Assembly (NCBI GenBank): GCA_002104905.1
Contig: MCFE01000009.1
Span: forward strand, 186,001-250,000
Reading direction: 5' to 3'
DNA length: 64,000 nucleotides
DNA from: Basidiobolus meristosporus CBS 931.73
Lineage: Eukaryota > Fungi > Basidiobolomycota
Shown here: in pieces, positions 1-12,100 of the stretch
How the letters are laid out: the number at the start of each line of letters is the position of its first letter
Position numbering within the stretch: the stretch's first letter is position 1
Made by a program: the position numbers and the translations under genes
Notes under the pieces: generated by a model
What the model was told of the DNA's origin: nothing
Database searches by the model: none
Seen by the model: only the letters and a program-made list of their open reading frames with translations

Positions 1-440
1 TTAATTGTCAATTATTGTGTAAAAACTAGGTTGTGACGTGAGCCTAAAAGGAGTGATGGGATGTGCTTATTTAGAACGGATATCAAGACTGGTGTTACAA
101 TAGACTTGCAAAGATGGAAACAGTCGCTGACTATACTTCACCAGTATAGTGGAAATATCTTCGGTGCCATATTAGAGCCTCGTTTAAATCCTTTTTTCAA
201 TCAAGTACAACATCGTTGATAACTATATTGAATTCTTTTAAAATTTCAAATACTGATAATTTTGTGTCATTTTTAGCAATAAATTGATTTATGACTAATG
301 CTAATACAATGTACCATATATCAAACAACAATACGAAGCAATTTTCTTATTGGATTGTTCTGATTGCCATGCGACGAGAATAGTCTTTTTAATGCTAAAG
401 CTTTTTTGCTTACAAATTAATTAAAGAGATACAGGATATA

Positions 441-1523
441 TTACAATACTTTGTTGGTATTAGTGTTATAGTTGATGGTACGAGTCGCGCCGTTGTACTG
501 TTCATCACCATATGCTCTCTGAGATGCACCATTCAACTCCATGGATGGGTTGCCAGCGGCGTACCCAACATTCTCCTTGACCGCTCCAGATGCCGCATTC
601 GCTGATCCTGCAACTCGTCCTGGTTGTTGTTTGGCTGCGTGTTCCTGGAAGTGGCCCTCATTGCGCTGTCCTGCTCCTCTGGCCTCGAGGGATGGGTTGT
701 TGAGAGCGCTTCCTACATTCTCCTTCATGGCTCCCATTGCTTGATCCTTCTTTCCAGACATGGTGGATGCATTCCCATTCCCATTTGTACCATTGTTGTA
801 AGCATGATCATGAATGGAATTGAGCCCGTCTGCTGGTCCTCCGGTTGTAGCGGTAGGTGTATTATGGTGAGTAGTGTAATGAACAGGACCACTAGTATAC
901 CCAGAGCCAGTTGCAGAAGTATCTCCAGCAATGTGACTATTCACAGGGTGTGAATGTGTGGGCCCGGTGGCTGTGTAAATGCCATGATGATGGTAGCCAG
1001 CTGCTGGAGCTCCTACTCCAGTTGCATCAGATCTACCGGTAGACGTGTCAAGGCTAGCTCCGGTAGCTACATTACTACCAACTGGTTGAACAATACCGGC
1101 ATTGTAATGTGGCCCAGTAAGATCAGTGGCTCCAGTAGTAAGATCACCACTCACTGAGTGAGGGTGTGTACCGACTGCTGTAGTATTTCCCGGGCGATGA
1201 GTGCCAGCCAACCCAGCTCCAGTGGTGTCAGTGGGATCATTTACTCTTCCAGCGTTGTGTTCGACATTCCCGTGGTGACGCTCAGCTTGGCCTTGAGCAG
1301 CCATGTGTGGGTTGTGAGTGGCCTCGCCAACATTCTGTTTGGCCGCTCCTTTGGCTGAGTGAGCATTACCGTAGTTCTTTTGATCAGCTGCGACCTTTTG
1401 CTGTTCGGCCTCCAGCTGCTTCTGCTCACCTTTGGCAACCATACTCTCACTGTTGAACACTTTTCCGATTCCTTCCTGGATGTTACCGGCAACGTTTTTA
1501 GCAGTAGCAGAAATCTTTGACAT
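441..1523 (-). CDS. CsbD/Con-6/HMP1-like stress or dormancy protein, 360 aa, intronless
   Basis: ORF track. CsbD-like repeats at both termini (e.g. GKKDQAMGAMKENVGSALNNPSLEARG; AKGAAKQNVGEATHNPHMAAQG) flank a Gly/Thr/His/Pro-rich low-complexity linker. Confidence 0.7.
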   Translation of the reverse strand: MSKISATAKNVAGNIQEGIGKVFNSESMVAKGEQKQLEAEQQKVAADQKNYGNAHSAKGAAKQNVGEATHNPHMAAQGQAERHHGNVEHNAGRVNDPTDTTGAGLAGTHRPGNTTAVGTHPHSVSGDLTTGATDLTGPHYNAGIVQPVGSNVATGASLDTSTGRSDATGVGAPAAGYHHHGIYTATGPTHSHPVNSHIAGDTSATGSGYTSGPVHYTTHHNTPTATTGGPADGLNSIHDHAYNNGTNGNGNASTMSGKKDQAMGAMKENVGSALNNPSLEARGAGQRNEGHFQEHAAKQQPGRVAGSANAASGAVKENVGYAAGNPSMELNGASQRAYGDEQYNGATRTINYNTNTNKVL

Positions 1524-2303
1524 TATTAGGTTGTTCGAGGGTGGTATTGGTAGATTAGTTTTTTGTCAGGTCGGATGACGCTCTGTCTATTTTATATCAA
1601 TTTTTTGCGCAGTATTAAATCAATATAGCTAATCAAGCAACTTCCCAAACATTGACTCGCGCTAATTCTTGATATTCCTATATTATTCCTGTGCAACTCG
1701 AATATCATTAAATCATCCAGTTATGACATAAGTCTTGCTCTTAATAACACTGAAAGGTAGGGTGATAGTATTTCTATATTCGGCCTCGAGTTAGCAAATC
1801 TAATTTTTAATCATCCAATCTACTCAATATCATGTGTGATGTTCTTAACAAAAGAGACCATCGTGATATGGTCATTCAAACGTCACTGTTAGCATACAAT
1901 TGATTACAGAATGCCCAGCAATAGGAAGATTTAGTCAAATTCTGTGACTTGATGTATGCTATCCAATCCAATTTCGGACAACACGTGAAACCTCAACCAG
2001 CAAATAATTTTTACACGTGAATTGCATCCAAAATTCAAGCGAAAGTGCTAGTCACTTTACCAACGTCCTTACGCAACCAAACCACACCCTTACCTCTAGT
2101 AGGGGATAAATTGAACTGTATCGATTAGATAAAAAGTAACAGAAACAAATGGCCACGATCCAGCATTGTGTGTACTGCTTTGATGTTCTCCTAGCTCACC
2201 TTGAAAACCGTAAGCATGTGGCCCCGGAATTCGCAGATGACAAATAGTGAGGGTCTTTTTATATCTTTCCTAAAGTTTCCAGCGCGTTTTGCACGGAACG
2301 TAG

Positions 2304-2492
<189 letters not shown>

Positions 2493-2806
2493 TAGGAGTC
2501 GATATAAGCTTTAACTTGCTTCTGAAATACTCATAGCAAGGCATGTCTTCAGTGCCTTACGTGACCATCGGTTTTCGCCTATCCGCCTGAAAGAAGTCCC
2601 CCTCCTGTCCTGCGGGTAACGTGTCACTACAAGCATTTCACGCTACCCACTAGAATAATAATTTACGCCCTGGGCTGCGCCATCAGAGTCTCATTGCTGA
2701 CCAACTTCGAAGAAGGTGACGATTATCTAGATTGGGAGGTAGCATCGACGTCTAGTTTCATCAGGATTCTTTGACTTCGATGACTGATGGTATGTGACCG
2801 GTTTAG

Positions 2807-2947
<141 letters not shown>

Positions 2948-2993
2948 TAATACAGAGGAGCAAGGTTAGCTTTACACCTGTACCAGCAGATAA

Positions 2994-3191
<198 letters not shown>

Positions 3192-3652
3192 TAGGGCGCA
3201 AATTGTACCTACCAAATCAATCAAGTTTGGCTGTATCCCACAAACACATACAACACTCCAAAACGTAGCCTCTATAATGCCCCCTCTAACTATCTTTCAA
3301 CGTGTAAACCGTAAATCGTAGTAATAACCAACCTGTAGTGGGCAAATTGCTAGCAACATGCGGTTACATCTGTGCTAGCGATTTAAATTGATCTGGCATT
3401 GAATATGTGGCGAGTTCTTCGCATTAATGACACTAGTAAAGTTTGAAGTCTACAGGCCTATCAATGATGTATATATATGTGTGTCGGTAGCATGACGTTA
3501 GTTTACTTATTACAAACGGATCTGATGCACCGTATCTGATCTCTCTAACATCTCACTCAGAGAACATATCCTTTGGATTCCAGAACCGAAACATGTTTCT
3601 GCCCAGAGTTTAAATAAGAAATCGCCGGCCCCTCGATATCCAAAGAGACGTA

Positions 3653-4991
3653 ATGACCATGTCTATTTCCAAGGCATACATCAGTCTCTGCATAGCTGTT
3701 GCTTTGTTATGCTCGATCCTGGCGGTAAATGCAGGTACTCCAGGCTGTACCGCAATAGGCACCCGTAAGGAGATCAGGCAGATGAAGAGTGACGAGGTTG
3801 ATGCCTTCATTAATGCAGTTTACAAATTCAAATCCACCAAGCTATACGATAATTTAGTAGTGACTCATTCGGGCTACTATCGCTTCGGGCATAACAGCTC
3901 TGCTTTCCTACCTTGGAACAGATACTACCTTCGCCAGTTTGAGCAGAACCTTCAACTGTTTGATCCCACAGTCACGCTACCATATTGGGTAATGTAGATG
4001 TTGTCAACGAGCCTGTTGAAACCCCTGCTTATATCTCGATTATAACCACTTTAGGACTTTACATTGGACTCTCAAGCACCAGAGAGAAGTACAGTCTTCA
4101 AATGGTTCGGTAGTACCGGGGACGGCTACCAGAATTTCTGCATTAATGATGGAGCATTTGCACGCTGGCAGGTAATGAATCCAACGCGCACTTGTTTGAA
4201 ACGGTCGTTCGACGGTGAATATAAGATCTCCGCCTTTCCACCACCTGAGGTCACCGGCTATATTCTTAGAACTGCGCAGAATTTTGACCAGCTTCGACAA
4301 TTTATCGAGTATGGCATACATGGCCAAGTATTGCAGGCGTTTGGTGGTGACTTGTCGACAATATTTGGACCTAATGAGTGAGTGCATTTCATTTGTGTGG
4401 TTCATACTGGAGTTATACTCACCTATTTGTAGCCCACTCTATTGGTTGATCCATAGCTTCATTGATAAATTATGGTGGGAATGGCAAACCAACAGTGTTG
4501 ATCAACTATACAGCTACGGTGGAGTTAATAACCAAGGTAGTTCAGTAGCCCACTGTGACTTGATTGTCCCTTGGGCAGTCCCAGTATCGGCGGTGCTCGA
4601 CACTCTTTCACCAGGACTCTGCTATGTTTACTCGCCTAGTTCCAGTTCCAACCTTGGTGGATCACTTCAGTACCCTCAGTACTATGGTAGATCACTCAAT
4701 CCGTTTGATAGGAGAAATGGTTTCCTCCTCCGCAAGCCAAGAGCTCTGACCCAGAATTGGATAAATCAATACGCGTTGAACGCTGAAATGGCAAGAAAAA
4801 TAGAGGGGACATTATATTGGGTGATAGACACGTTAAACGCTAAGGGGTATCAATCCCCGGTGGCTTTAAGCAAGAGAGCGTTACTAGAGCCATCCTTAAA
4901 AGTATACTATCCAAGCAAAGATTACATTGCTGATGTAAGACTCCCTGACTCTAGTCCACTGAATAACTTCTGCCCTGTGCAAGTACGATAA
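3653..4991 (+). CDS. Secreted tyrosinase-family (type-3 copper fold) protein, ~405 aa, 3 exons; two Cu-ligand His substituted
   Basis: join(3653..3988,4055..4377,4433..4991) is in frame with GT-AG introns. Splicing rebuilds LPYW|DFTLDSQAPE and PND|PLYWLIHSFIDKLW. N-terminal signal-peptide-like stretch; C-terminal KPRALTQNWINQY...GYQSP. Confidence 0.85.
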
Positions 4992-5485
4992 AGTTCGCCA
5001 AATAAAAGCCATTCATAGCATGTCGCAAATTCCCACCCTACACCCAGCGGAAGGTGGAGGGATTTCCCCGTTCCATTATTACTCGGAGGTATGATTATGC
5101 TGCAGAGCGAATCCGTAAAGAATAGCACCCTGAATTTCAAGTATCTTTAAGTACTCTGCATGTAACTCATAAATGCACCTTTCCAATTCCATGCCACGGT
5201 AGATCCGCTCTCTGCACTCTTCGGACAGGCTACATGTAGATCCAACTCCATACAAAGGTGCATTATTACCATTAATCATCATCTATTATGTGCATTGTCT
5301 CCTACACATCTTATTCCCCTGAGGAAAGGAACACCTATATATATGGGAACTCTCGGTGCTCATTAGATTGTGATTAACCTGGGTAATAAGCCTTTACCTA
5401 ACTTGAACTCCTTAGCATAGCATTCATCTCATACTCATTCCATTGATATCTACATATTTCATACAGAATATAATACGCTTATATA

Positions 5486-6982
5486 ATGAAATTCACTTGG
5501 GTCTACGCGTTGTTCTTCATCTCCTCTGTGGTCGCTCTGCCAACGTACAACAACGAGGATTGCGACAAATCAGTTGCCTCGAAGAAGTCTGGCTCTGATA
5601 GCTACGATACGAAGGATGTTGCTGGTAACGGCTCCTCGTATGACGTAGGAGACCATTCTGGAAACGACGGTGGCAATGACTATAACAAAGACAAAGGCCA
5701 TGGAGGTGAAGAGAGCGGTAGCTCTTACGATACTAACGATTACGAGGGAGAAGGAAATGGCGGGTCCTACGATTCCGAAGACCATGAGGGAAAGGGAAAT
5801 GGTGACTCATACAGCACTGGTGACTACAAGGGAGAGGGAAATGGCGGCTCACATGATACAAACGACTATGAAGGAGAAGGAAGTGGCGGGTCCTACGATA
5901 TCAGTGGCTATGCAGGAGAAGGGAGTGGCGACTCTTATGACAGTAACGATTATGAAGGAGAAGGCAGCGAAGATGAGGGATCATATGATGTAGGAGATTA
6001 TGAAGGGGAAGGAAGCGGAGGCTCTTATGATGGCGATGATCATGGAAGTGGTGGTGGTGGTGGTGATTCATATGATACTAATGAGTACGAAGGAGAAGGA
6101 AGCGGCGGTTCATATGACACCAGCAACTATAAAGGAGAAGGAAGTGGTGATTCCTACGACACTAATGACTACGAAGGAGAAGGGAATGGTAGCTCTTACG
6201 ATAGTAACGACTATGAGGGAGAGGATAGTGAGGAGGAATCATATGGCGTCGAAGATTACGAAGGAGGAGGTAGCGGTGGTGAGAAATCCTACAATGTTGA
6301 GGATTATGAAGGTGGAGGAAGTGGTGGCTCGTACGATAGTCACGATTACGAAGGAGAGGGCAATGGTGGAGAGGGATCCTACAATACCGAAGATTATGAA
6401 GGCGAAGGTAGTGGAGGAGAGGACCATGAGGGAGGATACGGCGGTGAGAAGTCACACGATGTTGAGGACTATGAAGGTGGAGGAAGTGGTGGCTCATACG
6501 ATAGTAATGATTACGAAGGAGAGGGTAATGGTGGAAAGGGATCCTACGATACGGAAGATTATGAAGGCGAAGGTAGCGGAGGAGAGGCTCATAAGGGAGG
6601 ATACGGCGGTGAGAAATCATACGATACTGGAGATTATTCTGGCGGCGATCATGATTCCGGTGAGGAATATGAAGGAAATGGTGGTGGAGAGTATGAAGTT
6701 GGGCACAAGGGAGACCATGAAGATTGTGAAGATGACCACTCTAAACACCATGGAGGTGAAAAATACGACACCACTGACTACAAGGGCCATAGCGGAGGAC
6801 ACGAGGATTGCGATGATGAGGGCTACACAGATTCTGGTTATGAGGGAGCCGATCATGCAAAGGAACACCATGACAGTGATTATGATGATAAAGCCGAGGT
6901 TGCCCCTGATACTGGATATAACACTTCAGACAAGCTTGGTGAATACAAGCCAGTTTACAAGCTACGTAGAAGAATTTATTAG
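5486..6982 (+). CDS. Secreted Gly/Glu/Asp/Ser/Tyr-rich repeat protein, 498 aa
   Basis: Signal peptide MKFTWVYALFFISSVVALP; many ~14-15 aa SYDxxDYEGEGxGG units; His/acidic C-terminus. A TATA-like element (CCTATATAT, ~5334-5342) lies upstream. Confidence 0.85.
   Translation: MKFTWVYALFFISSVVALPTYNNEDCDKSVASKKSGSDSYDTKDVAGNGSSYDVGDHSGNDGGNDYNKDKGHGGEESGSSYDTNDYEGEGNGGSYDSEDHEGKGNGDSYSTGDYKGEGNGGSHDTNDYEGEGSGGSYDISGYAGEGSGDSYDSNDYEGEGSEDEGSYDVGDYEGEGSGGSYDGDDHGSGGGGGDSYDTNEYEGEGSGGSYDTSNYKGEGSGDSYDTNDYEGEGNGSSYDSNDYEGEDSEEESYGVEDYEGGGSGGEKSYNVEDYEGGGSGGSYDSHDYEGEGNGGEGSYNTEDYEGEGSGGEDHEGGYGGEKSHDVEDYEGGGSGGSYDSNDYEGEGNGGKGSYDTEDYEGEGSGGEAHKGGYGGEKSYDTGDYSGGDHDSGEEYEGNGGGEYEVGHKGDHEDCEDDHSKHHGGEKYDTTDYKGHSGGHEDCDDEGYTDSGYEGADHAKEHHDSDYDDKAEVAPDTGYNTSDKLGEYKPVYKLRRRIY
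5700..6660 (+). repeat. Coding minisatellite: ~42-45 nt units with a higher-order 165-nt (55-aa) duplication
   Basis: GGTGAGAA(A/G)TC recurs at 6278, 6443 and 6608 (period 165). The two 55-aa blocks differ at only a few residues. Confidence 0.85.
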
Positions 6983-7230
6983 TACCACTACTGCCATATA
7001 AATATATATATTGGGGCTACATTGATCAGACGAATAAATATCGCATTTTATATCCAATCCAAACCATTGCCTTTGAGCCCTAAAATGTGGCTCATTTTAC
7101 TTCACAAGAAGTATGTCTTAATCAATTTGTAGTGCAATTGATTAAAATATACTGTTCAATATGAACCAATTTTCTCCATACATTTCGATTTATTTACTGG
7201 TCTTTGGTGGTTACCCTCAATTGTAAGCAT

Positions 7231-8768
7231 ATGTCTTTGTCTAGCAGCACCAAAAGAAAACTAGAGGAAGCCTTATTAGCTTTGGATGGTATATCCAATT
7301 CAGTAACACCACAATCGACGCCCTCTAAAGCATTCAAGACCGCCTCCATTAGGTATCGAGGTAGAGTTTAGCTTTCACGAAGACATTTCCTGATTACCAT
7401 AGTATTCTCTAGAACACCATTAAGAAAAACCCCAACTTCCAAGTCGTCCCCAGCCCAGAGCGAGACTTCACCCGCGCCCGATCTAGGCTCTCTATCTCAC
7501 TATCGGCCATGGCATAGACAAGATTTTTTGAAACGTTTAGAAACGTTTAAGATATCTTTTTATATTGTGCATTCCCACCTTACATGACCAAAGCGCCGGT
7601 CTTAATTATTCCTTAACATGCATCATACGTGTCAACCTGGTTTTCGAAACCGAAGATGTTGAATCCTATAGAATGCTCTCGATACGGGTGGATCAACACC
7701 GATACCGACAAATTGGAATGTAAAATGTGTAACGCTCGGTTGTTTTGCTCGATCAGTGAAAGTGCGGATGACGAAACAAGTAACCATTTCAGAAAACGGT
7801 TTGACCCTGTTTTCAAGGGAAATATTAACGCGTCTTAAATTGCCTTTGCCTAGGTGAGGATTTTGGTCGAAGATATCACGAGCAACTGACTTCTTCTCAT
7901 AACAAAGCGTGCCCGTGGCGTGGCCACCCGTGCGATTGTGAGTCTTTTGGTTAGCATAAATCAAGGCGACTAGCCACTGACCATATTTCTCAGACGCTGT
8001 GTATAAATTCCCTGCCACTTCGACCTTCAATCTGACGATCGAGTTCCAAGAGCGAATCCAAGCAATGAAGAATATTGGCGAGGAGCTGCCGATAGTTACA
8101 AGTGATCTGGTAATTCCTGTTTGGATATGGATGCTTGAAGTAAACCTAACAGAATCTTTTAGCCCGAAAGCCAAGTTGAATCTATTCTTCCTCTTTCACA
8201 ATTAGACTCGCAAGAATACTCGCCCGCCATCCTCAAGAGTTTGGTATGTCTGTCCCTCTTTGGCTGGACTGGCACAAAACTTGCCAATCGACACGGCTTA
8301 AAGTGCGATTTATGCCATCGTAAAGTGGGATTATGGATGTTCCAGAACCACACCGGTGGGAACACACCATCTTCCGAGTCCGTTGAGGCTACGGATTCGG
8401 TTGAAAAAGAGATAGACCAGCTAGATGCTGCTAAAGGTAATAAGCAAGAGTTGGCATCATTTGATTTAATGAGCGAGCATCGGTGGTACTGTTCGTGGAT
8501 CCATGGCAATATAAACGATCCGAGCATTGAAAGCAGTTCGATTAGTGAGCAATCCTCTGATAAGCCTGGTTGGAAACAGACTTTGGAGGCTCTGGAGAAG
8601 CCTCAAATGCGAGAAATCAACTCAGACCCCGCGGCAATAAGTAATTCAACTCCCGAAAAAGTAAGCTTGTGCTTGTACTTGTGCTTGAATCTAACTGATC
8701 TAACTGATTCCACCTAGCCGAAAGACATCGTGTCTTATATACGGAACATACTGGACGGATCTCCTTGA
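7231..8768 (+). CDS. C3HC zinc-finger/Rsm1-domain protein (Pml39/Rsm1/ZC3HC1-NIPA family), ~386 aa, 7 exons
   Basis: join(7231..7352,7413..7551,7629..7779,7854..7937,7994..8109,8163..8660,8718..8768) = 1161 nt in frame. Motifs: YRPWHRQDFLKRLETFK-VSTWFSKP, CSRYGW..C..C, HNKACPW, LFGW..C..CHRKVGLW, EHRWYCSW. Confidence 0.88.
7552..7628 (+). other. U12-type (minor spliceosome) AT-AC intron, 77 nt
   Basis: 5' end ATATCTTT; branch site TTCCTTAAC at 7609-7617; 3' end CATAC. Removal joins ..TFK to VSTWFSKP in phase 0. Confidence 0.85.
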
Positions 8769-9192
8769 GCGAGCCTGGCATCGATATTTTAATTAATAAA
8801 GATTTACGGGGGGAATATCACACATTAGCTTCCGATCGATGCCACCCTATTGGGATGTTGCTAGCTTTACATTTATCACATTTTATCCATTACACCAACC
8901 GAATTCTAATTTCGCCAGAATCTCCATAATTGAGCTATCTTACACGTACGTTCCACGATTGGATACAGTCAATGGGTTTGGTCAACGTCGGATTCGTATA
9001 TGCAACTGGCTCATTGGTGGAAAATCATCTTATTTCCACTGCGTTTCGTCGTAATGGGAATTTCGCACAAGTAACTGATTGACTGCGTAGAAGGTGAGAG
9101 AAGTAATTATTCTCGATAAATCACGCAGATGTTTGTGATTTCCTTGGTTTTCTATCTTTGTATCTTTAAGGTGTAGACTCGTTAGTAACGAC

Positions 9193-12100
9193 ATGTGAGT
9201 ATCCCTTTCGCACAAACGACGCTTTATCCTTTCCGTATTAATCATGCCCCTCTATTTCAAGGCTAGTCACATCTAAAACGATCTCAAAGGCCGCCCTGTA
9301 TACACCGCGGCCGCGTTTCTGGCATGCTTATGTGTGGCCTTTTGTCCCCGTCTATCCTTCTTGGCTATTTATCTATCTATTCAGATATGAAGAATATCTT
9401 GGCTCTCAAGAATACACCTTTGTCTCTATCATCGCGATGCTTTCAGTTCACGCGCTCACCTTCCTGGTCTGCCAGTGGAGCATCGATATTTACGCTATGC
9501 TGACCTGTAAAAAGGTGTGTATATTTTCTGTCATCTCAGATGAGCCGGCTGGTCCGAATAATTAACTCCTTTATGTCCTCAAGGAATCCGACCCATTCCG
9601 TGCAAAACTCATCAAAATCACCCCTATCAAGTCTCGTGGCTCTAGTGCGCTATGTGAACTTATCACCAGTGAGGTAGCAATTCTAGCCTAGTGAATTCAC
9701 CTCGATTAGCTGTTAATTTTGCTGCTTCTACCCTCACAGGATAAGCAACTGTCATTTTTCTTTCAAAAGAAAAAGTACATCTACTCCAAAGAGAAACAGA
9801 CCTTCGAGAGACTCAAGTATCCCTGTGAAAATGAACCAACCCTCTCGGTTTTCCAAAGCTCCAGAGGCCTGGAGAGCGAGGATATGATCAAATCCGGCTT
9901 AACGAAATTCGGCCACAATCTGTTCGATATCCCCATTCCCACTTTCCAAGAACTCTTCTTAGAGCACCTGGTAGCACCATTCTTCGTATTCCAATTGTTC
10001 TGTGTAGCACTCTGGTGTTTGGATGATTACTGGTACTACTCACTGTTCACCCTGATGATGCTCTTCGTTTTTGAGTCTACCGTAGTGTTCCAGCGTTTGA
10101 AGACTCTCAAGGAGTTCCGCTCACTATCCATGCAGCCCTTCAAGATCAATGCTCGCCGTAATGGAAAGTGGGTTGAAGTTCAATCGGACGAGTTGATTCC
10201 TGGAGATCTCTGCTCTATTATCAGATCAACTGAAGAGACCGCAGTTCCCTGCGATATGATCTTGGTTGACGGCTCATGCATCGTTAACGAAGCTATGCTT
10301 TCGGGTGAATCCACTCCCCTATTGAAAGAGTCGATCGCGCTTCGTTCCCCCGAAGATGTATTGGACATGGAGCTTACCGACAAGAATCACATGTTGTTTG
10401 GCGGTACCAAGATTTTGCAGGTGACTCCCCCCTCCAACCCAGAGCTTCATGCCCCAGATAACGGTTGTATCGCGTATGTTCTTCGTACTGGATTTGGCTC
10501 CGCCCAAGGAAAACTTGTTCGTACTATGATCTACAGCACCGAGAGAGTCTCCGCCAACAATATGGAGGCGTTCATGTTCATTCTGTTCTTGTTGATCTTC
10601 GCCATTGCCGCATCCGCCTATGTTTGGATCGAAGGATCCAAGAATGAGTTGAGAAAGAGATCCAAGTTGGTTTTGGATTGCATCCTGATTATCACTTCTG
10701 TCGTGCCCCCCGAATTGCCCATGGAGCTTTCCTTGGCTGTCAATACCTCTTTAGTGGCTTTATCTAGATTTGCCATTTTCTGTACCGAACCTTTCCGCAT
10801 TCCTTTTGCTGGCAAGGTGGATGTCTGCTGCTTCGATAAGACTGGCACGTTGACAGGTGAAGATCTGGTTGTCGAAGGCATTGCTGGTATTGGAAAAGAG
10901 CCCAAAACGCTATACGATCCCAAGACTGTTCCCCATGACTCCGTTTTGACTTTGGCCAGTGCCCATGCTTTGGTGTTGTTGGAAGACGGCATAGTTGGTG
11001 ATCCAATGGAGAAAGTCTCTCTGGAGGCCATCGGATGGAACCTGGAGAAAGATGACCGTGTTCTTCCTAAGGATACCCGAGGAACTTCCATGCATATCCT
11101 CAGAAGATTCCAATTCTCATCTGCATTGAAGCGTATGTCTACCATCTCCAAGGTTACCGTCCCTGGGGGCAATAGCCGTCAGTACTTTATCGCGGTCAAG
11201 GGCGCCCCGGAAATCTTACAGAAGATGTATAAGAATGTCCCCAAGGATTATGAAGATGTTTATAAGTACTACAGTCGCCGTGGCAGCCGTGTCTTAGCCC
11301 TAGGTTACAAGCGCCTCACTACTCAACAATTGAGAGAAGATCAGATCGTCCACGTCGAAAGAGACTTCATCGAGTCAGAGTTGGAGTTTGCTGGCTTCCT
11401 TATTTTCCACTGTCCTCTCAAACCTGATTCCAAGAAGGCTGTTGCCATGTTGAACAACTCCTCTCATAGAGTGGTCATGATCACTGGTGATAACCCGCTT
11501 ACTGCCTGCCACGTTGCTTCCGAGTTGGAAATTGTTGAAAAGGATGTATTGGTTTTGGACTCTCCCGAAGCCGGAGTGCTGAAATGGCATTCGATTGACG
11601 ATGAGGTTACGATTGCTCTTGATACGGAGAACCCCAAATTTGACATTGAGTTGGTCAAGAAATACGACATGTGTTTGACTGGTTCAGCGCTACAGTACCT
11701 TGAAGGAAAGCCAGAACTTGCCAAGTTCCTCAGATATGTTTGGGTGTACGCTCGAGTCTCCCCTAGTCAAAAAGAACTGATCTTGAATGGTCTCAAAGAA
11801 GCTGGCTATGTTACTTTAATGTGCGGTGACGGGACAAATGACGTAGGTGCTCTTAAGCAAGCCGACATCGGTGTTGCTTTGCTTGACGGAACTCCAGAGG
11901 ATCTCGAAAAGATTGCTGCCAAGGCCCGTTTGGAGCGCGCCAAGCAGATTTACGAGCAGCAGAAGAAGATGGCAGAGAAGTTCAATATGCCACCACCCCC
12001 ACCACCACCCGCCTTGACACAAGCTATTCAACATGCCACCAACACTATTGAAAATCCCGCGAACCGACCAAGACCCGCTACCGGTAGAAACCCTCAAGAG

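Noticed and set aside
6000-7001. 333-aa ORF overlapping the repeat protein in another frame, plus antisense ORFs
   Set aside because: Shadow of the GA-rich coding repeat; no signal peptide or independent features.
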